Assembly: GCA_037131775.1 (NCBI GenBank)
Contig: JBAXQK010000003.1
Span: 12,439 to 76,438 of the forward strand
Direction of reading: 5' to 3'
From: Candidatus Uhrbacteria bacterium
Lineage (GTDB): Bacteria > Patescibacteriota > Patescibacteriia > UBA9934 > GWF2-40-263
DNA length: 64,000 nucleotides
The first letter of the stretch is position 1, and each line of letters starts with the position of its first letter. Of the stretch, positions 28,684-37,690 are shown piece after piece. The position numbers and the translations under genes were made by a program. Under the pieces are notes generated by a model. It worked only from the letters and a program-made list of their open reading frames with translations. It had not been told where the DNA came from and did no database searches.

Positions 28684-29568
28684 TTATTCCTCTGTCATTC
28701 TCAGATAACTGTCGTACCGTGCCTTCGCGACCATTCCGGACGCGACGGCCTCCTGAACGGCGCACTTCGGCTCGCGAAGATGAAGACAGTCCCGGAACTT
28801 GCATCCGTCTGAAAGCGCGTCGAACTCGCGGAAGGCGAATCGCAGCTCGTCCTTCGGGACGTGGTCGATGCTGAGCGTGCGGACCCCCGGCGTGTCGATG
28901 ATCGCGGAGCCCGGCTCCCATTCGTACAGTCCGCTCGTCGTGGTCGTATGCCTCCCCGTTCCGGTCTTCGCGCTGATCTCCTGGGTCCGAATATCGACGT
29001 CGGGGATGAGCGCACCGACCAGCGACGACTTCCCCACCCCGCTTTGGCCGACGAACACGGCGGTCTTTCCCCTTAGAATCTTTTTAAGATCCTCCAAGCC
29101 GGCGCCGGTCACCGTCGAGACTTCGACGATCGGGATGTCGAGCGAGCCGTAAAGCGCGACGGCATCGGCGAGTCGCGACCGAAGATCGGCCTTCGTGATG
29201 AAGAGCGCCGGCTGGATGTTTTCCATCTCAAGCAGAAGGAGGTACCGGTCGATGAACCGCGGATGAAACGCCGGCCGATCCGCCGACGCGACGATCACGC
29301 CGAGATCGACGTTCGCCGCAACGACCGACGGCTTCGTCGCCCCGCCCCGCCGCATCGCGTCGCCGCTCATGCGCGTCAGGACGCTCGTCCGCGCCACGCG
29401 CTCGACGATCGTCGGGACCCCGTCCTCCGAATCCTCGACGACGACCTGGTCGCCGGGAACGAGATCGCGAATCTGGTCCTCCGCGACGCGAAACGTTTCC
29501 GTTCCGCGGCGGAGCGTGACGAACGGGTGCGAGATTGCGATGACGGTGGCAGTGGAGATATTTGACAT
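28684..29568 (-). CDS. rsgA: Ribosome small-subunit-dependent GTPase A
   Basis: OB domain, circularly permuted GTPase (NKADL, VFVGQSGVGKSSL, DTPG) and C-terminal Zn motif CKFRDCLHLREPKC. Confidence 0.9.
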   Translation of the reverse strand: MSNISTATVIAISHPFVTLRRGTETFRVAEDQIRDLVPGDQVVVEDSEDGVPTIVERVARTSVLTRMSGDAMRRGGATKPSVVAANVDLGVIVASADRPAFHPRFIDRYLLLLEMENIQPALFITKADLRSRLADAVALYGSLDIPIVEVSTVTGAGLEDLKKILRGKTAVFVGQSGVGKSSLVGALIPDVDIRTQEISAKTGTGRHTTTTSGLYEWEPGSAIIDTPGVRTLSIDHVPKDELRFAFREFDALSDGCKFRDCLHLREPKCAVQEAVASGMVAKARYDSYLRMTEE

Positions 29569-29590
29569 GGCGACATGATACCACCAAACG

Positions 29591-29618
29591 AAAAAACCAC
29601 AGGCCTTGCGGCTGTGAT
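29591..29618 (-). terminator. Rho-independent terminator (cacagccgcaaggcctgtg + T6 on the minus strand)
   Basis: Downstream of the lipoprotein gene stop. Confidence 0.5.
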
Positions 29619-29722
29619 TTTCTCGTGGCAGAGCACACCGCTACTGAATTCAATTTCACAAGGCTTTCGAAGGGTTTCGTGAATGTAGTGCTGGCACGCA
29701 GGTACGATGATTTTAAGGGGCT

Positions 29723-30241
29723 TTAGAGATTGACGGTTTTAAATGATTTCAAGAAAGTTACAGCTTCGGCCATGTGTTCTGGAGTATCAAAGCCATAGTC
29801 GTAGCGAGGCGGTAGAGCAAAAACATAGGCAGTGTTCCGTCCGAGTTCGTTTGGTGAAAATGGTGCAGCACTCGTGCTAACGATACCGGTGTCAATATCA
29901 GCCCATTGATTAAGGGGGATGACCATAACCGGAATTCGTTGGCCGGTCGTGTCGGCCTTGGGGTTGTTGATGGTTATTGTAGTGCCTGTTTCGACGGTGG
30001 ATTCACTAGCTGCTGACCCAGGAGGATTCGCTTTATTGCCTTGCCAAATATCAGTCGTGATGGTGTAGCCTTGCCAGCTCTCCGGTAGTGTCAAACTAAA
30101 ACCGTATTGTGCGTTGACGTAGTTCAAACTGTCAGTGACCGCGGCCTTGTCTTGATTGGTTTGCGTGGTGGTCGTGACCGTCGAGCTGCAGCCAGCGCCG
30201 AGCAGGGCTAGGGTTGCAACAAGAACAAATAATGATTTCAT
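29723..30241 (-). CDS. Lipoprotein (lipobox LLGAGC), hypothetical; compositionally AT-shifted gene
   Basis: MKSLFVLVATLALLGAGCSS...; GC visibly about 48% against about 63% in its flanks. Confidence 0.75.
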   Translation of the reverse strand: MKSLFVLVATLALLGAGCSSTVTTTTQTNQDKAAVTDSLNYVNAQYGFSLTLPESWQGYTITTDIWQGNKANPPGSAASESTVETGTTITINNPKADTTGQRIPVMVIPLNQWADIDTGIVSTSAAPFSPNELGRNTAYVFALPPRYDYGFDTPEHMAEAVTFLKSFKTVNL

Positions 30242-30266
30242 ATAACGAAATCATAACGCTAAACAA

Positions 30267-30293
30267 AAAATCCTGCAAAATTGCAGGATTTTT
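30267..30293. terminator. Bidirectional terminator hairpin (aatcctgcaa-aa-ttgcaggatt) with A/T tracts
   Basis: Between the tRNA-Trp 3' end and the lipoprotein gene start. Confidence 0.55.
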
Positions 30294-30295
30294 CG

Positions 30296-30371
30296 TGGCA
30301 GGGGCGCAGGGATTCGAACCCTGAATGAGAGTTTTGGAGACTCTAGTGATAGCCATTTCACTACGCCCCTG
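30296..30371 (-). tRNA. tRNA-Trp (anticodon CCA), CCA encoded
   Basis: Acceptor AGGGGCG/CGCCCCU, D-arm GUGA...UCAC, anticodon loop CUCCAAA, T-arm CAGGG-UUCGAAU-CCCUG. Confidence 0.88.
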
Positions 30372-30402
30372 TTTGGCTTTCCGTCCGGGAATAATAGCCC
30401 CG

Positions 30403-30432
30403 TTGACGATTTGCGTCAATCCGCGTACACTT
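30403..30432 (+). promoter_or_regulatory. Putative promoter with palindromic -35 (TTGACG-ATTTG-CGTCAA) and -10 TACACT
   Basis: 17-bp perfect inverted repeat overlapping the -35, 24 nt upstream of the 30443 start. Confidence 0.3.
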
Positions 30433-30442
30433 CCGCTCATGT

Positions 30443-31081
30443 TTGAGGGATGGCCACCCTCCTGCATGCCACCGTCCACGCCAACCGCAACCAACTGGAG
30501 CTCCCTTGAGCAACGATTCTCCCCTCGCATCCGCCGGTCCCGACGGATCAACGCCCCGCAAGCCTCACGTCCCCAAGACGCCCGAGGTTCCCGCGCTCAA
30601 CCGCCTTGCCTGGACGCCCAGCGGAATCCGCGTCGAGGACCCGACGAGCCTCTCCGTGATCCTCGCCGAGGCATACCCCGTCTGCGTCATCTCGTTCGCG
30701 GAGTTCTACCACTCCGCCATGGACATCCACTACGTGACGGACGCGCACGAGATGATCGTCCGCCGGCTCACGAGCAAGATCGTCCTTCTCGCCAAGCCCG
30801 GAAGCCATCGCTTCGGCAACAACCCGCGGAACATGCGCGACGCGCTCGGCCGGCTCGACAAGCTCGGCATCCGTTGCGCCTACGAGCCGTCCGACGAGCT
30901 GGTCGCCTTCCTCGGGATCGGCGACAACCGCGGCGGCATCCGCAACGCGATGCACCGGTTCCAGGACGGCCTCCTCGTCCGGTCCTGGATCGCCGCGATC
31001 TCCACCCCGACCGCGGAGCACCGCTCCGGCGCCGCGGACATCCTCTCCCTCCCCGCCCCGAAGGTCTCCGGGCGGAAGTAG
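30443..31081 (+). CDS. Hypothetical protein with Pro-rich N-terminus
   Basis: GC3-rich frame (unlike the overlapping Arg/Pro-rich 30325..31122 frame); no family recognised. Confidence 0.45.
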   Translation: MRDGHPPACHRPRQPQPTGAPLSNDSPLASAGPDGSTPRKPHVPKTPEVPALNRLAWTPSGIRVEDPTSLSVILAEAYPVCVISFAEFYHSAMDIHYVTDAHEMIVRRLTSKIVLLAKPGSHRFGNNPRNMRDALGRLDKLGIRCAYEPSDELVAFLGIGDNRGGIRNAMHRFQDGLLVRSWIAAISTPTAEHRSGAADILSLPAPKVSGRK

Positions 31082-31143
31082 CCGCCCCTGCCCCCGCCCA
31101 CTCGGCGCGGGCTTTTTTATAGGAAGCGAATTTCCCTCGTCCG

Positions 31144-32421
31144 TTACGAGCAGTCCTGCGGACACAGGGTGCGCTCGATTTTCTCGCATACCCCGTCCCC
31201 ACAGCTTCCACGCGGCGTCCCGTTTGGCGAGGAGGCCCCGGACGAACCCTTCGCGGGCATTCCGGACGCCTTCGAAGCCGAGGATGCCGACCATTCGCTA
31301 TTCGGCATCGGGCCCGGTTCCGACGTCGTGGTCAGACCGTTCCAATGAAGAACGGACGGGACCGACCCGTACGTTTCGGTCCACGCGCGATAGGTCTCCG
31401 TGATCGTTGCCCAAAACAGCCTGCCCGATGCCGTTTCGTCCGCGTACGCGTCCAGACGCTCGCCGAACGCCTTCGTATACGCGGCGCGAAGATCGTTCTG
31501 AACGCTCATGAGCGAGACCGTGTAGATCTTTCCCGCCTCAAGTTTTCCACCGATCTGCAGGGCAAGCAGCTCATCGAGCCCCTCCCAGTCGCTCTTGTAG
31601 TGTCCGACGTCCACGAGCGGCGCGGACGGATCGTCCGTGTCATACTGTTCCGCGCTCTTCGGACGCCAAACGCCCGATATCCAAACGTCCTCCTCGTTCT
31701 GGTGAAGTCCCGTCCCTCCTCCCCACAGGATCTGGGGACTCCACGCGTAGTCGGGATATTTTAATCCATGGGAAAGCGCTGAGAAGTACGCTACCTGCGA
31801 GCTGGACGCGGGCGCCGCAATGAAGCCGCCGACGACGCGGCTCGGCTCGACGCCAAGCTGCTTGATGAGGTATGCCACGTCGGCATAGTTATATCCCCCG
31901 TTCTCATGCGAATGAGGGTCGATCTCGACGCCCAGGTCTTCCGACAGGTAGCGAACGACGTTCTTCCCGTCCGTGTCCGTCGTCCCGCGGTCGAAGGCAA
32001 GGACCCCGTTGAGAAAGTTCCAATCCGATTGCCAGTCATATTTGACCCCGTGCGCCGCAAGCATTCGCGCAAACGCGAGAAGCTCGGCCCGCTGCGCATC
32101 GAAGGACGCCTTGTCCGTCTGAAAATTCGGAGTGCCCGCGTTAAAGGTATCCTCGCTGTGCGACGCGACGGTTACGTAAATGACGGGTAGTCCGTCGCGC
32201 GTCGTTGCCGGGGAAGGTGCCGTCGCGGACGCGGCCGCGTCCGTCTTGGCGGGTTCCGGCGTTATCCCGGCAGTCTCGTTCGCGTCCTCGGCAACCGACG
32301 GCAAGACGGAAGCGTGCGACGAACGCCGCATCGCCCGGGCACCAAAAAAACTTCCGAGCGCAACCGCGCAAAGGGCTGCCGCCACGATTGAAACGCGAAT
32401 CCACGGGCGCATAGAGATCAT
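31144..32421 (-). CDS. Secreted hypothetical protein with C-terminal small Cys-rich motif (CGDGVCEKIERTLCPQDC)
   Basis: Start at MISMRPW (ATGA overlap with the upstream gene stop); signal peptide; ~400-aa domain of unknown family. Confidence 0.6.
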   Translation of the reverse strand: MISMRPWIRVSIVAAALCAVALGSFFGARAMRRSSHASVLPSVAEDANETAGITPEPAKTDAAASATAPSPATTRDGLPVIYVTVASHSEDTFNAGTPNFQTDKASFDAQRAELLAFARMLAAHGVKYDWQSDWNFLNGVLAFDRGTTDTDGKNVVRYLSEDLGVEIDPHSHENGGYNYADVAYLIKQLGVEPSRVVGGFIAAPASSSQVAYFSALSHGLKYPDYAWSPQILWGGGTGLHQNEEDVWISGVWRPKSAEQYDTDDPSAPLVDVGHYKSDWEGLDELLALQIGGKLEAGKIYTVSLMSVQNDLRAAYTKAFGERLDAYADETASGRLFWATITETYRAWTETYGSVPSVLHWNGLTTTSEPGPMPNSEWSASSASKASGMPAKGSSGASSPNGTPRGSCGDGVCEKIERTLCPQDCS

Positions 32422-33563
32422 AAGGAAGTTATGCAGTCGACGGTCCAGGAACTTTTCCCGGGACCGGCAAAACGATCCGAGAGATCCTTTCCGATCGGGC
32501 GATATGCGGGGATGGAACCCGACAGGTCGATAAGGAACAGCCGAGAGAATGTCACGCCGGCTCCGGCGCCCATATTGCAGGACGTGCTCACCAGCAGATG
32601 CTCGGTGTCCCCGCAAAATGTCGGGTAGTTGAAGCTCGTGCCTCCGCAGGAAGAAAACGCGGGGTCATATTGGGAAAGCTGGGACGGACGGAGGTCCGCA
32701 AGAAGCGTTTCCGATCCGAGAGACCCGTTCTGGAACGCCCGCTCGAAGAGTCCCCCGCCCGTGCTGTTATCACAGATCGTCGTCATTCCGTCGAGACCGA
32801 ACGCGCAGTGGCCCGTTCGGTCCGGCCACTCCGTCGCCGTGCCGCGCGCGACATCGAGGATGACCCCGTGGGCTCCGTCCGCCATAATCTGGTGCAAAAC
32901 GACAAGGTTCCCGTCCGGGGCGAAATCGGGATCATGCTGTTCCTTGACCCCCGTCAGCGCCGCGCCCGGTCCGACCGTAAGGCCGCCGTTCGAGAGCGCG
33001 GCGGACATGACCGTTCCCGTGTCGCTTGTCACGTACAGGAGGCTTTCCCCGTCCGGTCGCACTTCCGGCCAGGTTGCCATCGGAACGAGCAAACCGGTCA
33101 GGCCTGTGGACAGATCCACGTAATTTACCTGCTTCTCCCTCATACCCTTGAACACGCTCGCATAGGCGACCGTCCCGTTTTGATTCCATGCCGGGTACGC
33201 CTCGCTCGCGTCCGGGGTGCTCGTTGCCTGCCTGATCTCCGATACCGCTCCGGTGGACAGGTCGAGCGAGGCGGTGAACAGGTCGCACCGGTCGGTCGTG
33301 CCATGATCGGCGCATCCGCCGTTCGTGGCAAAGTCCGCGGCGAATACGATCCGGGACAACGATGCTCGCGCGCTCGCGCGCGGCGCCTCCGCGGGCACGG
33401 TGACTGTTTCCTCTTTGGAGACGCGATCATTCGTCGGGAAGGCCCCGGCGTTCGGAGCCAGGTCCGGTGGCCAAGACGCCCAACCGGCCAGGCCAAACGC
33501 AATGCCTGTCCCAGCGAAGAGGGTCGCGAATGCGGCACGCGTTGCGAATCGATTCCATTCCAT
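32418..33563 (-). CDS. Periplasmic/secreted beta-propeller (TolB-like) repeat protein
   Basis: Start at MEWNRFATRAAFATLFAG (signal/TM); repeated PDG/DG...Y turn motifs typical of TolB-like propellers. Confidence 0.55.
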   Translation of the reverse strand: MEWNRFATRAAFATLFAGTGIAFGLAGWASWPPDLAPNAGAFPTNDRVSKEETVTVPAEAPRASARASLSRIVFAADFATNGGCADHGTTDRCDLFTASLDLSTGAVSEIRQATSTPDASEAYPAWNQNGTVAYASVFKGMREKQVNYVDLSTGLTGLLVPMATWPEVRPDGESLLYVTSDTGTVMSAALSNGGLTVGPGAALTGVKEQHDPDFAPDGNLVVLHQIMADGAHGVILDVARGTATEWPDRTGHCAFGLDGMTTICDNSTGGGLFERAFQNGSLGSETLLADLRPSQLSQYDPAFSSCGGTSFNYPTFCGDTEHLLVSTSCNMGAGAGVTFSRLFLIDLSGSIPAYRPIGKDLSDRFAGPGKSSWTVDCITSL

Positions 33564-33646
33564 GCCCCACAGTATACCATCCCCGAGGAATCGCGGGACG
33601 ACCTGAAAATAACAAAGCCCCGTCGGTTGTGCGACGGGGCTTTGTC

Positions 33647-33802
33647 TTACTTGGTTTCCTTGTGCGCGACGTGGGTCTTGCACCACTTGCAGAACTTGGA
33701 AAGCTCGAGGCGGTCCTTGAGCATTTTCTTGTTCTTATGGCTCATGTACCCCACGTTCTTGCAGGTGGTGCACTCAAGCTTGATGACGTTGTCTTGGGAC
33801 AT
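33647..33802 (-). CDS. rpmG: 50S ribosomal protein L33
   Basis: [51 protein letters not shown]; zinc-ribbon L33. Confidence 0.85.
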   Translation of the reverse strand: MSQDNVIKLECTTCKNVGYMSHKNKKMLKDRLELSKFCKWCKTHVAHKETK

Positions 33803-33858
33803 ATAAGGGGAATCGTTTAACGCCGGAACAGTACCAAATCGCCCGGTTTTGGTCAAGT

Positions 33859-33933
33859 GGAGCCGCTTGTCGGATTTGAACCGACGACCTTCACTTTACA
33901 AAAGTGTTGCTCTACCACTGAGCTAAAGCGGCA
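33859..33933 (-). tRNA. tRNA-Thr (anticodon UGU), CCA encoded
   Basis: Acceptor GCCGCUU/AAGCGGC, D-arm GCUCAGUGGUAGAGC, anticodon loop UUUGUAA, T-arm GUCGG-UUCAAAU-CCGAC. Confidence 0.85.
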
Positions 33934-33940
33934 CGGATAC

Positions 33941-33978
33941 ACTCCAGGCCCCAGCATGTATGCTGGGGCCTGGAGTGG
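33941..33978. repeat. Perfect 18-bp-arm palindrome (cactccaggccccagcat|atgctggggcctggagtg) between tRNA-Thr and tRNA-Tyr
   Basis: Abuts the tRNA-Tyr CCA end; likely processing/terminator-like hairpin. Confidence 0.6.
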
Positions 33979-34061
33979 TGGGCAGAGAAGGATTCGAACC
34001 TTCGAAGCCGTGAAGCAAGAGATTTACAGTCTCTCCCCGTTGACCGCTTGGGTATCTGCCC
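33976..34061 (-). tRNA. tRNA-Tyr (anticodon GUA), long variable arm, CCA encoded
   Basis: Anticodon loop CUGUAAA, type II variable arm UUGCUUCACGGCUUC, T-arm GAAGG-UUCGAAU-CCUUC. Confidence 0.85.
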
Positions 34062-34094
34062 GCGGCAATAGTATAGCCGAACGGTCGGATACGA

Positions 34095-34529
34095 TCAAGG
34101 GGTCCCCTCTGCGACGGAAGGAACCGGGCTGGCCGAGGGGCATCCAAGGAATCCGTTAACCCTGCCGACGACCTCGTTGATCCCCAGGTCGGATTTCACT
34201 AAGAAGTCGAGCGCGCCCATCTTCTTCGCGCGTTCCCGGTCCTCGCTCTGGTTGAGGTTTGAGAATACGACGACCTTGATGTCCTTGATCTCCGGATCGG
34301 CCTTGGCTTCCTCCAGCACCTGGAACCCGTTCTTGTTCGGCATGATCAGATCAAGCAGAACCAGCTGCGGCTTGATCAGGCGCATCTTCTCAAGCGCCTC
34401 CACCCCGTCCGCGGCCGTCTCCACGACGAAGCCGTGCCGGGCCAGCTTGCTCTTGAGCACGCCGGAGAGCGCGCTCTCGTCCTCGGCGATCAGGATGAGC
34501 GGATTCGTCACTTTTGGTTCGATTTCCAT
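34095..34529 (-). CDS. Stand-alone response regulator receiver (CheY-like)
   Basis: ILIAEDE...LLDLIMP...K motif; 144 aa, no output domain. Confidence 0.85.
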   Translation of the reverse strand: MEIEPKVTNPLILIAEDESALSGVLKSKLARHGFVVETAADGVEALEKMRLIKPQLVLLDLIMPNKNGFQVLEEAKADPEIKDIKVVVFSNLNQSEDRERAKKMGALDFLVKSDLGINEVVGRVNGFLGCPSASPVPSVAEGTP

Positions 34530-34537
34530 ACGCGTGA

Positions 34538-36793
34538 TTATTTCTCATTCGTCGTTAGCGACTTCCCTCCCCCGCGTCCCTTGCTTCCCGCGACGGGGAG
34601 CAGGAACCAGAAGGTGCTTCCATGTCCCTCGTCCGAGTCGAAGGAGATCATACCTCCCGACTCCTCGATGATCAACTTCGCGATGTACAGCCCGAGCCCG
34701 GAACCCTCCGCCTGTTTCTTCACCGCGTTGTTCGCGCGGAAGAACCGCTCGAAGATCCGACCCTTGTCCTCTGCGCCGATTCCCATCCCGTTGTCGGTTA
34801 CCGTCACGCGGTAGTAGTGCTTTCCATCCTTGGTCAGCGTCACGTCCACCTGGGGCTTCCCCGTTTCGGGATAGGTGTACTTGACCGCGTTCGAGACGAG
34901 GTTTGCCGCGACCTGGCGGATGAGCACGGGATCGACGCTGATGGTCGGAAGCGGATCGGTGGGCAGATGCAGGTTGAGCGCACATCCCTTCGCGACGGCG
35001 ATCCCTGTGTTCTCCTGGACGACGTCCCTCAGAACACCGGCGATGTCCGTCGGCTTGGGCTCGATGGCCAGGCGGCCCGTTTCCAGGCGGGAGACGTTGA
35101 GCAGGTCGTTGACGAGATTGATCATGCGGGCGGTGGACTCGACGGCCTGGTCCACGCTTGCCTTCTGTTCCGGAAGCAGCGGGCCGATTTCCTGGGACTG
35201 CAGGTCCTCAAGGTACCAGCGGATGGCGGTCAGCGGCGTGCGAAGCTGGTGGGAGGCGACGGAGACGAACTCGGTCTTCAGTCGGTCCACCTCGCGCTCG
35301 TGCGTCACGTCGCGGAACACGATGACCGCGCCCACGACCGACCCGTCCGCGCCCACGATCGGCGCCGACGAATCGGCGACCGGCAGGAGCGACCCGTCCG
35401 GACGAATGAGCGACATCCCGTCGGGCATCACCGACAGCTTTCCATTGAGCGCCTTCCTGACAAACGAGTCGTCCGCGACGCGATCCTTCTCATGGACGAA
35501 CCGCAGGACGGACCCGTACGGCTTCCCGATCGACTCGTCGGCGGTCAGGTCGGAGATCCGCTCCGCCGCGTGGTTGAACAGGATGATCTTCCCGTCCGAC
35601 CCGATTGCGACCACGCCGTCGCCGATCCCGAGCAGGATCGCGTCGGACTTGGCCTTCGCCTGCTGGAGAAGGGACTGAGACTCATGGATCCGGTCGATCA
35701 TCACGTTGAACGAGCGACCGAGCGTTCCCACCTCGTCGCCCGAGGAAAGCAGCTCCTCCGGAAGACGCTCGTCCTCCGTGCCTCCCGCGATGTGCTGGAT
35801 GGTGTCCGTGATCTGGTTCAGGCGGCGCGTGGACAGGCGAACGGTGATCCAGAGCGCCAGCGCGAGCGCCAGGATCATTCCGGCGCCCGCGCTGGAAAGA
35901 ATCAGGACGATCCGCTGTTCCACGTGATTCGCGAGCGAGCTCGGCTCCACTTTAATGAGCGTGAATTTTCCCGGATCTTCGTCATACTTGTCATAGGCGG
36001 CCACCATTTCCGAATCGTTCACCCGTATGTTGAACACGCCGTTCGTTCCGCTCCATTTGGCAGCCTCCTCGACGGCGCGGCCAACAACCGCGTCATAGAG
36101 GGTTCCATCTCCCTGTGTCAGCCCGCCCGTTCGAGTGTCGATGATCACCCGGTTGTTCCGATCGAGCACGACGGCAAACTGCCCGGGCTGCTGGAGGCCC
36201 TTCAGCTGGTTGCCCAAGCTCTCCAGGTCGAGCGTTGCCGATACGATGCCGGTCTTCATTCCGGCCTCGTTTCGAATGGGAACGGCCATCGTAAGAACCG
36301 AACGGTCCGTCAGCGCGCTGACATACCTCCCCGAGACAAAGACGTCCTCGTCGAAACCGACATCCGCGCAATAGTCGGATTGTAGAAAATTCCTTGGATC
36401 GGCCGCCGCATAGTCGCTGTCGGCCGCGACGATCGTGCAGTCCGCGCGTTGCAGGACGATGTTTTCCAAGGAGTCGACCAGGGGAACGGCTCCGCGCAGC
36501 CCGCTCCTTGCCTCTCCGACGGCCGCCGGCTTCGCATCCGCCGAGAGCGCGGCGACAAAAACAGGATCGCGGGCAAACGATTCGAGCGACAGCCTCACGT
36601 AGCTCAGCTGGGACCGCAGCAACTGCTCGTTGAAATCCAGCGTCTGCTTGGTCTGCGTCACCAGGTCGTCCCTGAGCAGCTGCCGAATCATGGCGACCGA
36701 CGCGAACACCGTGGTCGGCAAAATGACCGCGACGCACAGGAAGGCGACGAGGATGATGTCGAAGGCGATGGAATTGACGCGCTTCAGGGCCAT
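34538..36793 (-). CDS. Sensor histidine kinase (TM-extracellular sensor-HAMP-PAS-HisKA-HATPase)
   Basis: Two TM segments flanking a ~280-aa periplasmic domain; H-box SHQLRTPLTAI; N, G1 (DNGMGI), G2 (GSGLGL) boxes. Confidence 0.9.
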   Translation of the reverse strand: MALKRVNSIAFDIILVAFLCVAVILPTTVFASVAMIRQLLRDDLVTQTKQTLDFNEQLLRSQLSYVRLSLESFARDPVFVAALSADAKPAAVGEARSGLRGAVPLVDSLENIVLQRADCTIVAADSDYAAADPRNFLQSDYCADVGFDEDVFVSGRYVSALTDRSVLTMAVPIRNEAGMKTGIVSATLDLESLGNQLKGLQQPGQFAVVLDRNNRVIIDTRTGGLTQGDGTLYDAVVGRAVEEAAKWSGTNGVFNIRVNDSEMVAAYDKYDEDPGKFTLIKVEPSSLANHVEQRIVLILSSAGAGMILALALALWITVRLSTRRLNQITDTIQHIAGGTEDERLPEELLSSGDEVGTLGRSFNVMIDRIHESQSLLQQAKAKSDAILLGIGDGVVAIGSDGKIILFNHAAERISDLTADESIGKPYGSVLRFVHEKDRVADDSFVRKALNGKLSVMPDGMSLIRPDGSLLPVADSSAPIVGADGSVVGAVIVFRDVTHEREVDRLKTEFVSVASHQLRTPLTAIRWYLEDLQSQEIGPLLPEQKASVDQAVESTARMINLVNDLLNVSRLETGRLAIEPKPTDIAGVLRDVVQENTGIAVAKGCALNLHLPTDPLPTISVDPVLIRQVAANLVSNAVKYTYPETGKPQVDVTLTKDGKHYYRVTVTDNGMGIGAEDKGRIFERFFRANNAVKKQAEGSGLGLYIAKLIIEESGGMISFDSDEGHGSTFWFLLPVAGSKGRGGGKSLTTNEK

Positions 36794-36802
36794 AGGGTTC
36801 GA

Positions 36803-37198
36803 TTAGACCTCGCGCCAGGAGGAGATGACGATCTTCGGGCTGAGCGCGCTCGTGGAGATGAGCAGCTTCTTGGTGACATTCGCGACCGTCGCGGTAACGC
36901 TGATCGTCCGCACGCTTCCGCCGGAGTTCGCGACCCCGTACGTGCACGACCCCGCGCCAAGCGTCACGGATCCGGAACCAGTATACAGCACGTTGTCATG
37001 GATCTGCCGCAGCGCCACGTCCGCGCACGCGCGGGCGATTCCTTTCGCCTCGTAATACTGCCGCAGTCCAAGCGACGCCTGTAGCGAATTCGTGCTCGCG
37101 AACACCAGGGCCGACGCGGTGGTTGCCGCGACGGCACCGAGAACGAGAACGCCGATCAGGGCGGCGAACCCGCGATCATTGCAGGCTTGCGGATCCAT
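36803..37198 (-). CDS. Pilin-like/pseudopilin-like protein (G|F N-terminus without Glu5), tentative
   Basis: MDPQACNDRG|FAALIGVLVLGAV...; position within the pilin gene run. Confidence 0.45.
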   Translation of the reverse strand: MDPQACNDRGFAALIGVLVLGAVAATTASALVFASTNSLQASLGLRQYYEAKGIARACADVALRQIHDNVLYTGSGSVTLGAGSCTYGVANSGGSVRTISVTATVANVTKKLLISTSALSPKIVISSWREV

Positions 37199-37682
37199 AG
37201 AAGGTTTGCGAGTAGGTAAACGGCGCGGAGCTTCCCGACGCTCCGGACAGGGTAAAGCTGACGCGGACCGTGCCGGGAGTCGATGCGCGGGAGAGATTTT
37301 GAAAGGAGAGGCTTGACGCGACCACGTTCGCGTTCGTGAGCGGAACGGCGGCCGACGCGCCTTCCGTCGCCATGATCGCCCCGCCCGAGAGCGAGAACAC
37401 GGTCGGGCTCGCCGGGGCGCTGTCGACGCTCACCGTGAGCGAGGCCCCGGTGGCGCCGGAGGCGGGAGCCGTAATCGCCGAGGCGTTACGCGTCGTCTGC
37501 GTGATGATCTCCAGCGCCTGCCTTCCCTGCTCCTCCACCTCCCGCCGCACGGCTTCCCTTCCGCTCGACCGCTGTACGATTCCTGCGAGCAGGCCGACCG
37601 TGCCAATCAGCAACGAAACAACCCCGAGGTAGATGACCGCCTCGATGTAGGTGAACCCTCGGTTGTTCGTTGCGATGCCCAT
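37176..37682 (-). CDS. Type IV prepilin-like protein (class III leader MGIATNNRG|FTYIE)
   Basis: Internal Met start; GFTYIEAVIYLGVVSLL N-methylation/cleavage motif. Confidence 0.72.
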   Translation of the reverse strand: MGIATNNRGFTYIEAVIYLGVVSLLIGTVGLLAGIVQRSSGREAVRREVEEQGRQALEIITQTTRNASAITAPASGATGASLTVSVDSAPASPTVFSLSGGAIMATEGASAAVPLTNANVVASSLSFQNLSRASTPGTVRVSFTLSGASGSSAPFTYSQTFYGSASLQ

Positions 37683-37690
37683 GCGATTGG

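Noticed and set aside
30325-31122. 265-aa Arg/Pro-rich ORF
   Set aside because: Compositionally an off-frame artefact; the overlapping 30443..31081 frame has the GC3 bias expected for real coding sequence
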